Origin: Marsupella aquatica
Taxonomy: Eukaryota; Plantae; Marchantiophyta
Assembly (NCBI GenBank): GCA_973895155.1
Contig: OZ316892.1
Coordinates: 29,766,932-29,830,931 of the forward strand
Length of the DNA stretch: 64,000 nt
Direction of reading: 5' to 3'
Shown here: positions 13,040 to 25,099 of the stretch, piece after piece
How the letters are laid out: the number at the start of each line of letters is the position of its first letter
Numbering within the stretch: the first letter of the stretch is position 1
Notes under the pieces: model-generated
The model's input: only the letters and a program-made list of their open reading frames with translations
Database searches by the model: none
Told to the model about the DNA's origin: nothing
Position numbers and translations under genes: made by a program

Positions 13040-13085
13040 TCAGGGAATGCCACGTGTCCAATGCCCCCGAAAACTATAAAAGGAA
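13040..13085 (+). promoter_or_regulatory. Putative transposase promoter (CCAAT at ~13036, G-box GCCACGTG, TATA box CTATAAAAGG)
   Basis: Motifs lie 150-200 bp upstream of the ATG at 13234. Motif match only. Confidence 0.4.
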
Positions 13086-13233
13086 GAGCTCGCATCTGTT
13101 TTTCATCTTCATTTCTCGCGATTACTTTGAGGTTCGTTAAGTATTGAGTAGTTGTTTTCATAGAATACTGTAATCTGAATTTTCTGTGTTGGATACAAAT
13201 ACGTACTCCTATAGAACCCTTGTTTGATTCTCT

Positions 13234-16200
13234 ATGGCGTCTTCAAGTGATGAGTCAATTTACAGTTCAGATGCATCTTCGCCAGATGTTGTTCAAAAAT
13301 TTATTCCATCTTGTTTGATGAATGAATTACCAGCCTCACAGAGAGTAGTGCCAGAGATTTCATTTTCCTCAGAATCTGAGAAATCAGAGTCTGATTCAGA
13401 GTCTTGTAGGAGTGTTGTGGGTGCTCCGATTTCATATTATGTCTCTCCAAGTAAACCTCTTAAACGACGTCTACTTGTAAAGAAGCCTAATGTAGTTCCT
13501 ACGATAGAGACACTTGGTTCACCGCAAACCCTGACAGATCTTCAAAGGTGAAGGCCTCGGTTTTTAATGCCAAGAACAACGTTACCATGTAGGCCCGCCC
13601 GAAGATCTATGTTGGTTTTTCCAATGTCTCGTTCTCCGGGAGTGAAGATAGCTGTGTCCAGTGTTCAATCACAGTTTGAGCGAATGAGGAGTCCAAATGT
13701 GCCGGAATTGCAGGGAGGGGCAGCCTCAGAGCCAAATTTGGTGGGTCGAATACCAAGTGGGATCCCTACTCGAATGTTGAGAAATGGTGAACGCGAATTA
13801 CCTATTTCGTCTCCTTCAGTACCAAATTCCTTGGGTCAAATACAAAGTGGGATCCATGGATCCCACTTAGTATTCCCTCGTGTTATTTTGCAGAATCCTG
13901 TGCCCGAGTCACCGGTCTTACGGACTTCCAACCCGAGTTCCGATGGTGGAATGCGAAATGGGATACGCAGATCCCAATTCGTATTGCGCAACGGAAAATT
14001 ACCAAGTCATGATGCAGAACAGCAAGTGGGAAAGTTTTCACTTTGAAGTCCCGAAGGATGAATACGAGTTGGGATCCATGGATCCCAATCGGTATTCCCA
14101 TCAATTATTTCACAGAGTGGTAAAACTAACAATATGGGACTTCGAAGCCCTTTGGCGAGGATGTAGTGTGAGGTTTTTGGATCTTCCATTGGACGGCAAG
14201 TGCAGAACAAAAGAGGGAAGAGATCTAGTGTCCAAAAAATTCCTCGGAGATTATTGCGAAGTGAGCTGCCGGAGAGAGGGCCCGAAAATTCAAGGGTACA
14301 TGCTAAATTGAAACTTGTCCAAAGATTTTTCAATGGTCAAGATGAGCCCTCAAGTCGAGAAGAATCACCTAGGCTGGGATTACAGTCTCAGAGACAAGTG
14401 GGCGGTACTCCGACTGAAGATGTGAATATCATTAGAAGATTTCAAACTAGAAATCTCCGAACACCTATTACATTTTCAAAAGACTCTGAAGAGAGATCAG
14501 AGGAGGCTGCAAATGACAGAGAAACTGCTGTAATTTCAAATGTTGTTGAAGAGATCCTGGGAGGTGAGATTGTTCATGAAACAGTTACAGAAAATGTGGA
14601 GAGTGGAAACAACTCTACAGAAAATCTTTTTGTTTTAAATTCTAATTCACTAGAAAATAGTGGGGGGGGTAAGTTCTCCCGACACTATTCAGGATAGAGT
14701 AGAGGTGACAAGACCTAGCAAGAAAATCAGAGATCAGATGATTAGAAAAGATAGATTTACCATTGAAAATCTAAAAAAACGCAAAATTAAAGATATTTTT
14801 AAGTATCCCTGTTGTGACAAGTTTTGCTTGAGGTCTCTCGGTCTAGAGGAATGCTCAAAACAACGCAAGTATTATTTTGGTCTTAAACACTTGCAAAAAA
14901 ATATTTTGCTACGAGGTTGTATCGTGAACAACTGTAGTACTTCTCGTTGATATAGTGTAAATGGACAACCTATATGTAGAGGAGGATTCAAGAAACTATA
15001 TTCTTTAGGTAATAATAGATTGGCAACAATCCATGCAAACATGTTTACAAGGATTGAACGAGATACCTTTTGTAAGGAAGACTCACCTTCATTTCTAAAC
15101 TTGGTGGAATGGTTGAAAGATTTTTTGCAAAAAAATATGGATTGTCTTCCCCATAAAGAGATTCATCACTTGCCAGACAATTGGACAAAGCAAGAGATAC
15201 ATGGAATCTTTGAAGCTGAAACAATGTTGCGAGAAGAACAACAAGTTACATATTCTTATTTTTTGCGTGTTTGGAAAAAAAAGTTTCCAAATGTACAAAT
15301 TCCTAAAAGGAGTCGATTTTCTACTTGTGGTCCTTGTACTGAATTCAAGGCTCTTCGGGACAAAGCAACAACTGAAGAGGATAAAAGTAAGTTCCACTAA
15401 CTATAACCTTCAACTTTAATTTGATGACATGTAATTCAATATTTGTCAAAGTTTATCCTTAGTTATTGATTTTTAATTCATTGCTATTGTATCATTTCAG
15501 GAAAGTATAGCAATGCCCTTATGGAGCATCAAAAAGTACAATCATTGGAAATGATGAAGTTAGCCAAGCATCGTAAAAAATGCTATGATGAGCCCAACAA
15601 GTATTTGGGTATTTGTATAGATGGTATGGATCAAAAGAAAATAGAGCTACCACATTTTATTCGTTGTCCAAAGAACATGGATGAAAAGTATTTCATTCCA
15701 ATACATGTTGTAGGTTGTCTCATCTTCAACAGGAACCTTGTAGCAAAAGTATTTTTGACATATTCCAATATCCATAATGATGCAAACTTGACCATACATG
15801 TTATTCAAAATGTATTGAATACATGGGATGGGACATTACCAAGAGTGTTATATCTTCAATTAGATAATACCACTCGGGAAAACAAGAATAAATTCTTGAT
15901 GACTTATCTTCACACGTTAGTAGATTTGAAGATTTTTGACAAGATTAAAGTGGGTTTCTTGTTGGTCGGTCATACACATGACCAGATAGATCAGATGTTA
16001 GTAAATTTTTGTCTAGGTTAAACAAGCACAAAGCATTTCGCTTGGAGACTCTTGAGGATATTATTCGACGAGCATATTCACCTGAAGCTTTGATCATATT
16101 TGTGGATGAAGTAGTCGATTTTCAAAAATTTGTCAATGAAAACGACCAGCCAAATGAGAAGGGAGTCTCAGGTAGAGTCTTGAGAGATCTCAATCTCATA

Positions 16201-17100
16201 ACTTTTCAAAGGCAATTCAGATTCAAACGAGTCATGGAGGATGGAAACGAAGAGACAACATTTCACGGGAAACATCTTTCCACGACCCAGGATTGGGGAG
16301 ATGCAGTGACGTTCGTCAATTACATTCCAACTTCAAGAATGTGGGTTGCTGCACAAATGTCACTGAAATCAGCAAAAGGTGTTGAGAGGGATGATGTCCA
16401 TGATTCTTCCAATACAGATGGTGCATTAACTACTCTGGTGAAATATGAAAAAGCTATCCAGGAAGGTTTCAATTACTTTGACAATGAAGATAAACTTTGG
16501 TGGATGAGTTTTTTTGAGAAACAAAAAGATATTATCAAAAACCACCTAGAGGAAGGTGAGTGGTTATTTGAGTGGGTTTGGCCGCAACAAAATCAAGGTG
16601 CACAACTACTTCCAAGGGTGAGAAATGAACTTGTTGAAGAAGGTGTTGATCCAACTTTGGTTGACAAAGTTGTTGGACCACAGAGAATTATGTACTCCGG
16701 ACCTCGACGAAAGCAAGCTGAATTTGGAGATTTCAGAGATATGGAAGTTAACAATAAGTGGTCCATGATATGTGTAGCGGCACACAAGGATCCAGAAGGC
16801 AAGTTGTTTTGGATGGCAAAGGTGTCAAAGATTTTGACAAGAACTGCAGACATTCCTGAGAGAATCAAAATCACATGGTACACAACTGAGGCAAGTGCTA
16901 AGTCTGCTATTGATGGGAAATATTTTCCAGAGAAAGATAATATATCTAATCGACTTCTCAAAGATGAACTAGTTCTATCATCAACAGCAGTGTATGCATA
17001 CAACTTTGCGCTTTTAAGTACTAATCAAATAGCAGCCAAAACTAAAAAAATTATAGAGTCTGCTATATTAGAGAGAGGTTCTGCACACTCAGAGGATTGA
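13234..17100 (+). pseudogene. Sola-like DDD transposase (DUF7869-type) with one intron (15387-15500); disrupted
   Basis: Cys motifs CCDKFC, ICRGGFKKLYSLG and FSTCGPC. Catalytic-type motifs ICIDGMDQ, LYLQLDNTTRENKN and FLLVGHTHDQIDQ. A phase-1 GT-AG intron joins the frames (..EEDK-R-KYSNALM..). In-frame TGA stops at 13549, 14044, 14059 and 14948. Frameshifts at ~14670 (G run) and ~15999. Confidence 0.85.
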
Positions 17101-17111
17101 GATTGATGTCC

Positions 17112-18023
17112 TTAAACAGGTACATGCATCAATTTTAGAATTTGATCTCGAATGAATTTTCTAAGGTTACATGCTCTTTTACAATTGTACCATTTTTCAG
17201 TAAGTAAAGACTGTGCATCAAGGCATTGTATAATATGCCATTGAATTCTGATTTCGTCCATATTTTGAAGAACAAATAGACCACAATCTGAATTGTTTGG
17301 TTGTTGAGGTACCTGAGAAAGAATCTTAAAGTTAGTCCAAAGTGTTTAATAATTGAACTAAATAAAAGTTGAAATAACTTTTCAAATCCTTACCATTGGA
17401 TTGTATATCTCCACAACTCCCATTGGAACTTTTCCAAAAAATAATTCTCATTTCATTGTAAAATATCTGTAAATTATCATTCAAAGTTATTAGTCCAAAG
17501 TGTTTATATTTATGTACCACATAAATAAATTCAAATTGAAAAAATGTAATAGAATATATACGTACCTGCTAAGTATTGATCCAATTACATGGGTTGAGTG
17601 TAGACCGGCGAGAGAGTCTAGATGATACATTTTGATCAAAGATTCAATCCGATCCAAACATATTACAACCAGACTCCAGTGCATGCTCATGTGAATTGGC
17701 ATGAGAATGACCTCAATTTGGGAAAATGGTGGCTTGTAATAATTCCGCATCTTTTGAATTGATTCCAACAGGGTCTCAACTGGTTCTATTTCAATCCTTG
17801 AAACAAGCCAAGGGTAAAAAAAAGAGGATAATGTGTTTACTGAGGGAGCCAGATCTCCATGTTCCTCGGTTATTAATTGTGGGTAAAATTACATTATTTC
17901 ATCACCCAAATATTGACCGGGTTCAAGTTGGCTCAATATTTTATTGTCCAAAAAAAATCCACTAGAAGGATTGTGTGAGAATTTATGCAGAACATGTTTC
18001 AATACAAAATCCTCCTTTGGTTC
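17112..18023 (-). pseudogene. Ulp1/C48 SUMO-protease domain; exons 18023-17566, 17466-17394, 17312-17112
   Basis: Spliced translation LSQLEPGQYLGDEIM*FY...LSSFFY...ILMPIHMSMHWSLVVI...YHLDSL...NPM|VPQQPNNSDCGLFVL. The His-Asp-Gln/Cys catalytic set is present. Canonical GT-AG introns in compatible phase. Three premature stops. Confidence 0.88.
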
Positions 18024-18135
18024 CTGCAAAGACATTACTTTGTGAAATAAGAACATAGTCCAATCATAATCTTCCTCAATATTTCACAAGTTTGGATCAA
18101 TAGATACAACATGAGAGAACTAATCAAACTTAAGT

Positions 18136-19263
18136 CTACACCTCAAGGAATGAGCCAAGATCAAGTGCCGGAGCTTCATGTTCCACTTCATCCTCATCAT
18201 TGTCGTTCTCCTCCGCAGTTGTAATAATGCAAGTTCCAGTGGTGAGGGTGCTCGTAGTACCACCAATAGGTGGTTGAACCTCAAAGCTCATGGGTCCTGT
18301 ACCCTCCTCGGTTGCTTCATCATTCAAGTCCCACGATTCATCAAGCGTGACAAATCGGGTCCGGATACAATCCACCTGGCTTGCACTGAGCTCCACGGCT
18401 GTCACCGGACGTTTCCCTAACAAGGCAACGCATGAGGTCAAACCACTCCCCGCACATAAATCAGCAACCCAATCCCCTACTTCACTAAAATGTTGAACGA
18501 ACCAATCTGCTAAAGCTATCGGTTTCTGGTAAGGGTTCACTATTTCTCCCAATGGTGTTACACATTTCTTTGTAACACAAGGGACTTTTATGATGTTTAC
18601 CCTTTTCTCATCATGTTCAAAATTGTACATGTCTCTGGTCCTAATACCACTCTCGTGATAATATCCGATTGACCAGTTTTCAAAAGCCCAAGCCAATCGA
18701 TTCCCGGAAGGATGAGCATATACATTTGGCTTCTCCCAAATTCCAGCCTCTACACCTGCGTTACAAGTTTTTCCAAGAGCATTCATCACAGACCAAGTTT
18801 GCTGCAAAGAGTGAATCACAACAAACCTCCACATCTTTGAACTTGTCAACTTGGCAAAACAATTCACCATATCCACAATATCACTCTCTGAAAATGGGAC
18901 CTCATCATTTTCAGAGCCAGACGCATTGAATCCATAAGGAATGTCTGCAATTGCAAGTGTGTAATTCCTTTTCTCTACAAACTTATCCAGCGCCATGACA
19001 TCTCCACAATGCAATGTATATCTGATAAAATTTCCGTCAGTGTTTTTCCATCGATGGTCACTCGACTCTGCTTCAACCGTTTCAATCCCACGATGACGGT
19101 TGTAGTTCTCAATCGCTTCTTGAACATAATTCTTAAACCCCGGGGGAATAACACTCGAAGTCAACTCCTCCGTAGGCTTCTCAACCGCATCGGCACCAAT
19201 TGCATCCTTGTTCTTCTTCTTCAAAAAAGCTTTCAACTGCAAACGCAAACTTGTTAAAAGAAT
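18136..19263 (-). CDS. Beta-class N4-cytosine/N6-adenine DNA methyltransferase domain (exon 2 of the cargo fusion gene; this exon is uninterrupted)
   Basis: TLHCGDVM, LAIADIPY (motif IV, DPPY-like), IWEKPN, NPYQKPIALADWFVQHFSEVGDWVADLCAGSG (motifs X-I), KRPVTAVEL (motif II). Order IV...X-I-II is beta class. Confidence 0.9.
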   Translation of the reverse strand: MLLTSLRLQLKAFLKKKNKDAIGADAVEKPTEELTSSVIPPGFKNYVQEAIENYNRHRGIETVEAESSDHRWKNTDGNFIRYTLHCGDVMALDKFVEKRNYTLAIADIPYGFNASGSENDEVPFSESDIVDMVNCFAKLTSSKMWRFVVIHSLQQTWSVMNALGKTCNAGVEAGIWEKPNVYAHPSGNRLAWAFENWSIGYYHESGIRTRDMYNFEHDEKRVNIIKVPCVTKKCVTPLGEIVNPYQKPIALADWFVQHFSEVGDWVADLCAGSGLTSCVALLGKRPVTAVELSASQVDCIRTRFVTLDESWDLNDEATEEGTGPMSFEVQPPIGGTTSTLTTGTCIITTAEENDNDEDEVEHEAPALDLGSFLEV

Positions 19264-19802
19264 CTGGAGGAAAGACAATGGGGAGATAACCATTTAGGAA
19301 TTCATACAATCAAATCTGGACGACGAATGCGACATGGGATACTCCGTATCCTAGTTCGTATTCAACCAAGCAAAAACCACAGTCAAACATCACCACCGTC
19401 AAATAACCACAAGTGAATCCGAGATGGGATACCCCGTATCCCACTTCGCATTCGACCAAGCAAAAACCACATTGAAACATCTCAAACGTCAAATAACCAC
19501 ATTGAATATGAGATGGGATACCGCGTATCCCACTTCAAATTCAACCAAGCAAAAACCACATTGAGACATCACAAACTTCAAATAACCACAAGTGAATACG
19601 AGATGGGATACCGCGTATCCCACTTGGCATTCAACCAAGAAAAAACCGCATTGAAACATCACCAACATCAAATAAGCACAAGTGAATCCGAGATGGGATA
19701 CCCCGTATCCCACTTCGCATTCCAACAAGAAATCCATGAAGAAAACCTCCAAACATGGCGAAACAAATAGAAAAGTCCAATCAGTGGAAGGGGAGAACAT
19801 AC
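19264..19802 (-). repeat. 539-bp intron filled with five ~90-bp units, each carrying the palindrome GAAT.CGA.ATGGGATAC-NNN-GTATCCCA.TTCG.ATTC
   Basis: Donor GTATGT at 19802 and acceptor TTTCCTCCAG at 19264, both phase 0. Palindromes start at ~19325, 19415, 19504, 19594 and 19684. Confidence 0.85.
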
Positions 19803-21760
19803 CACATCGGACAATTTCCCACTCCATCTTTCAAGCTCGGCAGATTCTGTTTCTTTCGAAAACATTTGTTTGCAAGTCGCCCAGTCTTTCTGCCCTGACA
19901 ACTGAACAAAAAGCTTGCTGATTTTCACAAGTTTCTTGTAACTCTCGGCTTCTTTTGCCATCTGCTCCAAAGAGATCATCCGGTCCTTCACTCGGAGAAG
20001 AAGGGACTCCAAAAATCGGTCATGTTCAATTCCCTAGATTGCTCTCCAAGGTGTCAAGGTAAGGCCCCCTGCAAGCTTATTCAAAGCTTTTGGAATCGAC
20101 TGCGCTTTTCCCTTTCCTTTCTTGAGTTTCTTGATCGGTGACTTCTGCTTATTCTGCCCTTTGATCTCCAACTTGTTCCACATCTCAAAGATCTGGTCTT
20201 GGAGTTTCCAGACCTTACCCGACATAAACGCAATTTGGAAGAGAGGCTCATGCTTCTTCAGGCTTGTGGCGTCCCCCAGAAAAAACCCGTCGAGGCAAAC
20301 CTCCATCGCACACGCTTCTCTAGTCTTCTTGGTTTTTGCCATTCCTCTGGCAATAAAAATCTTATGCATTGTTCGGATTTGATCAATGTTGTTCATTTTT
20401 TTCCTGTACTCCTGATCAATATTATGTTGGATGCTAAGTTTCTGAATGTCCTCCCTTGTGAGACCAGCATACACCCAAGCTTGGAGTTCATTGAAGATCT
20501 CTCTCCCATAAGCCTGATACAATTCTCTCTTGGCCCGTGATTACCTCCAATCACTCGATATCTCCAGCTTGCTGCCTTTTCTGGGTCCCAGTCTGTCATT
20601 GACGGGCAGTCTTCCGGCATCACAAACAAGACAAATGGCGTCGTGAAATTTGTCGGATTCATTTTCATCAAAGTCTTGATGTTCTCCACATGCAACCGAT
20701 CGACTGTTCGAACCAATGTTGAGTTCTCGTTGTCAATATCGTCAACAAGAAGTAGGTTAGTTGTTTTCAGAATAACTGTTGTCTTCTGAACTCGCTTAGT
20801 CTCCATCAACCAAGACACTTCTTCACGAACCACAAGTGTCTCTTCCCACTGCAAAGTTGTGGTGATATCTGTTGAATCATTTTTTTTCTTTAACAGCTCC
20901 TCTAGATGATAAAGAAAACCCACCTGACAAAGTTGAAGGAATCTGAGGTGTCTGTGAAATTGGTGGGACCAAAGATGAGACAACACATGCACACTTCCTG
21001 GTGCAGAAGGCGCGCGCTTCTGGATGTCACATCGATCCAATTTCTTCTTGACAATAGCTTCTCCTGACACCGCTACTTTAGAACCTTCCCCAGAGAGTTG
21101 ATCTGCAAGCTTCCTCTTTGCCGGTTCCTTAAAAGAAACTGTGGCAGATTTCTCCTTTGTCGAGGGTGTTCCAGACATCTCCCCTGACTTCGAAGCCGGA
21201 TTGGTAGGCTTCGTCACTTTCAACTTCAAAGGCCGTTCTTTGACGCCAAAGTCGGCTCCAACAACGGACCTATATGCTACCTTCGTAAAATCCTCAACAA
21301 CCCTCCAAGACTTCAAGACAAATTTCAAACACCAATAAGAAAAGTCCTCAATCTTCGGCACTTCCCAAATTAGTTGGCAGATCGGGTCATCAGGAAATGT
21401 GTTCATCGAGACCCGATCAATTTTCTCGTAGTTGAGGACAACTATAGTGAAGGCATTGTTCGGAAGAATGCAAAGGTACATTGGAATCTTCTTCAGCTAT
21501 TTTGTTTTTGAGTCGGTGATATCCGCCTCCCCGGTGTCCATGACTAATCCATAATGGCAATGGTCTTTACCCTTAACGATAACCAACCACACCGCTGGAC
21601 CTTCATACGCTCTGTGAATATCCATCGCCCGAGCATCCCTGAAGTACCACCTATTCCTCACGAGTTTCTCCTCCGTGTAAAGGTCTTTCTTCCAAATCTC
21701 ATCGACGATGGATGTCCGTGAAGACTGGGTCGAACCAGACGACTTTGATTTATTCGACAT
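19803..21760 (-). pseudogene. Exon 1 of the cargo gene: unknown N-terminal domain + ParB/Srx-like domain + helical region
   Basis: ORFs 21497-21823 and 20393-21481 are in frame across a TAG. A frameshift at ~20530 leads to 20034-20522, which is in frame with 19668-20012 across a second TAG. ParB-like signature VRTVDRLHVENIKTLM...PFVLFV...YRVIGGNH...AKRELY...AWVYAGLT...LSIQHN. Confidence 0.72.
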
Positions 21761-21859
21761 GATCCTGAAAAAGATTGACACACTTAGAACCAGACCAAAC
21801 CACTTGGCATCCAACATCAACAATTGCTAAGTCTGACGCAAAGAACAAAAAAGAGGGAG

Positions 21860-22155
21860 TTGAATGCGAAATGGGATACGCGGTATCCCACTTCGCATCC
21901 AACAACAACAAATGTCCAGAGTTTGATGCAATTAACGAAAAAGAGGGACTTGAATGCGAAATGGGATACGCGGTATCCCACTTCACATCCAACCTCAACA
22001 ATTGCCTCGAGTCTGATGCAAAGCACGAAAAAGAGGGAGTTGAATGAGAGATGGGATACGCGGTATCCCATCTCGTATTCAATATTGAAAAGAAGGCCAA
22101 ATAATAGAGTTGAATACAAACGGGGATACGGCGTATCCCTCTCAGGATTCAACAA
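21860..22155. repeat. Four copies of the ~40-bp GGGATAC-NNN-GTATCCC palindrome (spacing 90, 90, 70 bp) upstream of the cargo gene
   Basis: Copies at ~21861, 21951, 22041 and 22111, read directly. Confidence 0.9.
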
Positions 22156-23276
22156 TTAACCAAACGAGGAGGGGAGAGTTTCTTCAGGTTTTACCTATTT
22201 TTGGTTTTGATTCGAGCAAATACAAAAAGCTATAGAGATGTTGCGGCCCGAGAAAAACGCGGAGGCAAACAAAGTTGTAGCAAGGTGATAAAGAGATAAA
22301 TGACTATTTACTCCTTAACAACTCGATTTCATTCCCGTTAGGAGTGGATAAGATCGAAAAGACCTAATTAACACAATTTGAGAAGTTTACACCAACATTC
22401 TTAGGTTGGAGAGATTTCTAATGATCTCATTAACATAAGTGTTTAACCACAAACTCAAGTGGGTAATCCTTAGGATTCACAGTGCAATAATAAAGACTAG
22501 AATTAATAAAGATTGAAACTAGAGAGAGAGTAGATAGGAGTTTTCAAAGTGCAAGGGAATTGAATTTCTGACCATCACCACTCCTTCAATAAGGATTATG
22601 GCCTAATTTAAGATTCAGAAATCAACATTTTCTATGCTTTTTGATTTCTCGTAGCAACTCTTCTCCATCTCTTGAATTTAGAAGACAACAATGTAAATCA
22701 ACCCGGGACACTTTTCTGGTCTTGCTTAAGACAGTACTAGGATACTCGAATTGGTTTACTTCTCCTACAATCCTTAAGATTGCTTGTTTGAGTGTTGTGC
22801 AAATGTCAATTTTCTCTTTGGTGAATCTTCCAAATGTATTGATCACAAATCTCATTGATCTTTCAATATCATTAAGGCACACTCTAGCATTCATTGAACA
22901 CTTCACAACAACTCAGGGGTTGCTAAAACTTCTTCCTTTTACTCAACCATGGTAAAAAGAAGGGAAGAAAAGACATAGATTTCTCCAAAATCAAAATGGG
23001 GAAATCAAATGTATCTCTCTCCTCTCGGTTGACTTTGGGTCCTCCTCCTTTTGTACTAAAAGTGGAGATTATGAAAAGACATGCCTTTTCAAAACCCAAG
23101 TCTAAAGAAGTATGTAAATAAAAGTAAACTACCCTAGTAAAAAAAATAGAGTAGAGACTCCAATGGGTATATCAACAAAATGCTGGAGTCTACTTACTCA
23201 TATACTAGTCTACATAGCCATTTCTAGGTCTAAACTAATGTGGCTCTAACTCTCTAAGTATAACTCTATTCAGGTC

Positions 23277-25099
23277 CTATCTTCTGGGAAGGAACCTCCT
23301 CAGGGTTAGCCATAGCAAGGGGTCTGGTCGAAGGTAAACTCCTTGCTGGCCAGTGGTAAAAGGGATGGACGGGTCAATATCCATGTTCTCCTGATGGGTA
23401 CTTGGGTCATGAGAATAAGTGTAAGAATGAGAATGGAAGTGGGTACTGGGAGTGGGGAAACCAGGAGGGTTGATGGGTGATGAGGGGCCAGTGGAATAGA
23501 CTCCTGCATGAGGACTAGGAGAGAAAGATCTGGTAGTAAAGGGAGGAATCTCAGTATCAGCTAATAGCTTCTCAGTAGTCAAGTCACTCATCTCCCTTAA
23601 GGCTTCACAGGTCTTTGAGAGGCCTGTAAGTGCATCATCCACCTTGGCACTCACATCTACCACTAAATGGTTAATCTTGGAGAAAAGGATGGGTGTGGTG
23701 TTCTTGGTCAAATACTCATCATAAATCTGGGCCTTAAGAAGATCCAGAGAAGCTATCTTAGTCAAAGGTTCAACCAGATCCAAAGATTGAGTGATACTGA
23801 GTTGGAGAGTATGCTCAAGCTCATTCTTCTTCTTACTCCTTTCCAACTGCTGTTTGAGTTCAGATACCTTCTTTTTGAGGAACTCATTCTCCTTCAGTCC
23901 AACTTCCTCTTATCTGTGGTATCACTCATGGTGGAGATCTTCTCAAGAATCTGCCCTGGTTTCACTCCTAACTTTTGAGAAATGTCAGTGATGGCCTTCT
24001 CCATCACAGTGGTCTTCCTCTTCACCTTCTGGAATGTGTCTGAGATGATCTGGAAATCAGCTAGGGTGTCTAGGGAGGCATGGCCGGGTGCATCCGGAAA
24101 TTCAGCCGGGTCGACGAAGGCCGGGTCGGAAAAGTCCAGGTCGAGGTTTCGGGCAGCAGACCGGGTCTTTCGAGGATTTGTCTCTGCTGGCTCCTCATCC
24201 TCACTGTCATCAGAGGTGGCCTGGGTGATATCTGGATCTGTCTCTCCATACTTTATGAAGTTGAACTTGGCCAATAGTAATTTCTTCTCCTCTCTGAACA
24301 AAACTCCTTCAAAGCTATATAGATGTACCAGGTAGTAGGAGAGGGGAGTAGGACTCTTGTTGGATAGGTTCTGTACCAACTTCCTTATCAAATCAAAGAT
24401 AAGCTTAGCCCAGTTGACTTTTCTTTCTCCCTTGTAAGCAGCAACAATGGTAGAGCCAACTCCAACAGTAACTCTTCTTGGCTTCTCAGGGTACAGCAGG
24501 GATAGCAGAAAGCTGAAGACTCGTCTCAGATCAGGATCCAAACACTTAGAAACATTGAACCCGTCCTTACTGTTGATGGCTCCTTTGAAGTAAGGGAGGA
24601 TTAGATTGACAGCTCTCCCCACTGGACCTTCTCCTTCATCTTCCAATACAAAAGCTCCTGCAATCATCATCTGAGTCCATCGCTCAGGTCGGCCTCTGGA
24701 GGTATCCTTAAACTCAGCCGGATACTCCTTGGATCGGATCTCTCTGATCATATCTTCGCTCTGATAACTCCAGGGTAGCTCCATCAGAGACTCACAGCCC
24801 ATCCTGAGCAAAGACTCCCTCAGTTTGACCTTCTCAGCTTCGCTGTCCGGAATAGCTGGCCTCAGAAGTTTCATGGCAATAGGGACCTCCTTTCTCTTCG
24901 ATCGTCTCACAGGGGCTTTAACCAGAGTAGGTGCAGGTGATGTTGAGGTTGAATGCCCCTTAGAGACGCGAGAAGTGGACATTCCGGCTGGATCCGCCCC
25001 TTTCTCCATAGGATTTCTGGAAGCAGAAAATTGATTTCTCGTAAATTTTCTGCCTCCTCTACGGCAAGCTCTACAATGGTGCGACTTCAGAATGTTCAA
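23277..25099 (-). pseudogene. Unknown ~590-aa TE-associated protein (globular domain, coiled coil, Pro/Ser-rich tail); one frameshift at ~23897
   Basis: The 401-aa ORF 23894-25099 continues after a shift as LKENEFLKKKVSELKQQLERSKKK into 23277-23846. It loosely resembles accessory ORFs of plant mobile elements (recall, not searched). Confidence 0.6.

Noticed and set aside
12690-14100. GGATCC (BamHI, a 4mC target) inside the left-arm palindromes as the MTase target
   Set aside because: Most copies have GGATAC instead, and target specificity cannot be inferred from this coincidence.
18136-19293. Bacterial contamination or a restriction-modification system
   Set aside because: The MTase is flanked by GT-AG introns inside a TSD-bounded eukaryotic transposon among plant genes, with no endonuclease partner.
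19310-19730. Palindromic repeats with ~50-bp spacers resembling a CRISPR array (also 21860-22155)
   Set aside because: The spacers are homologous to each other, the repeats are degenerate, there are no cas genes, and the array lies in a spliceosomal intron.
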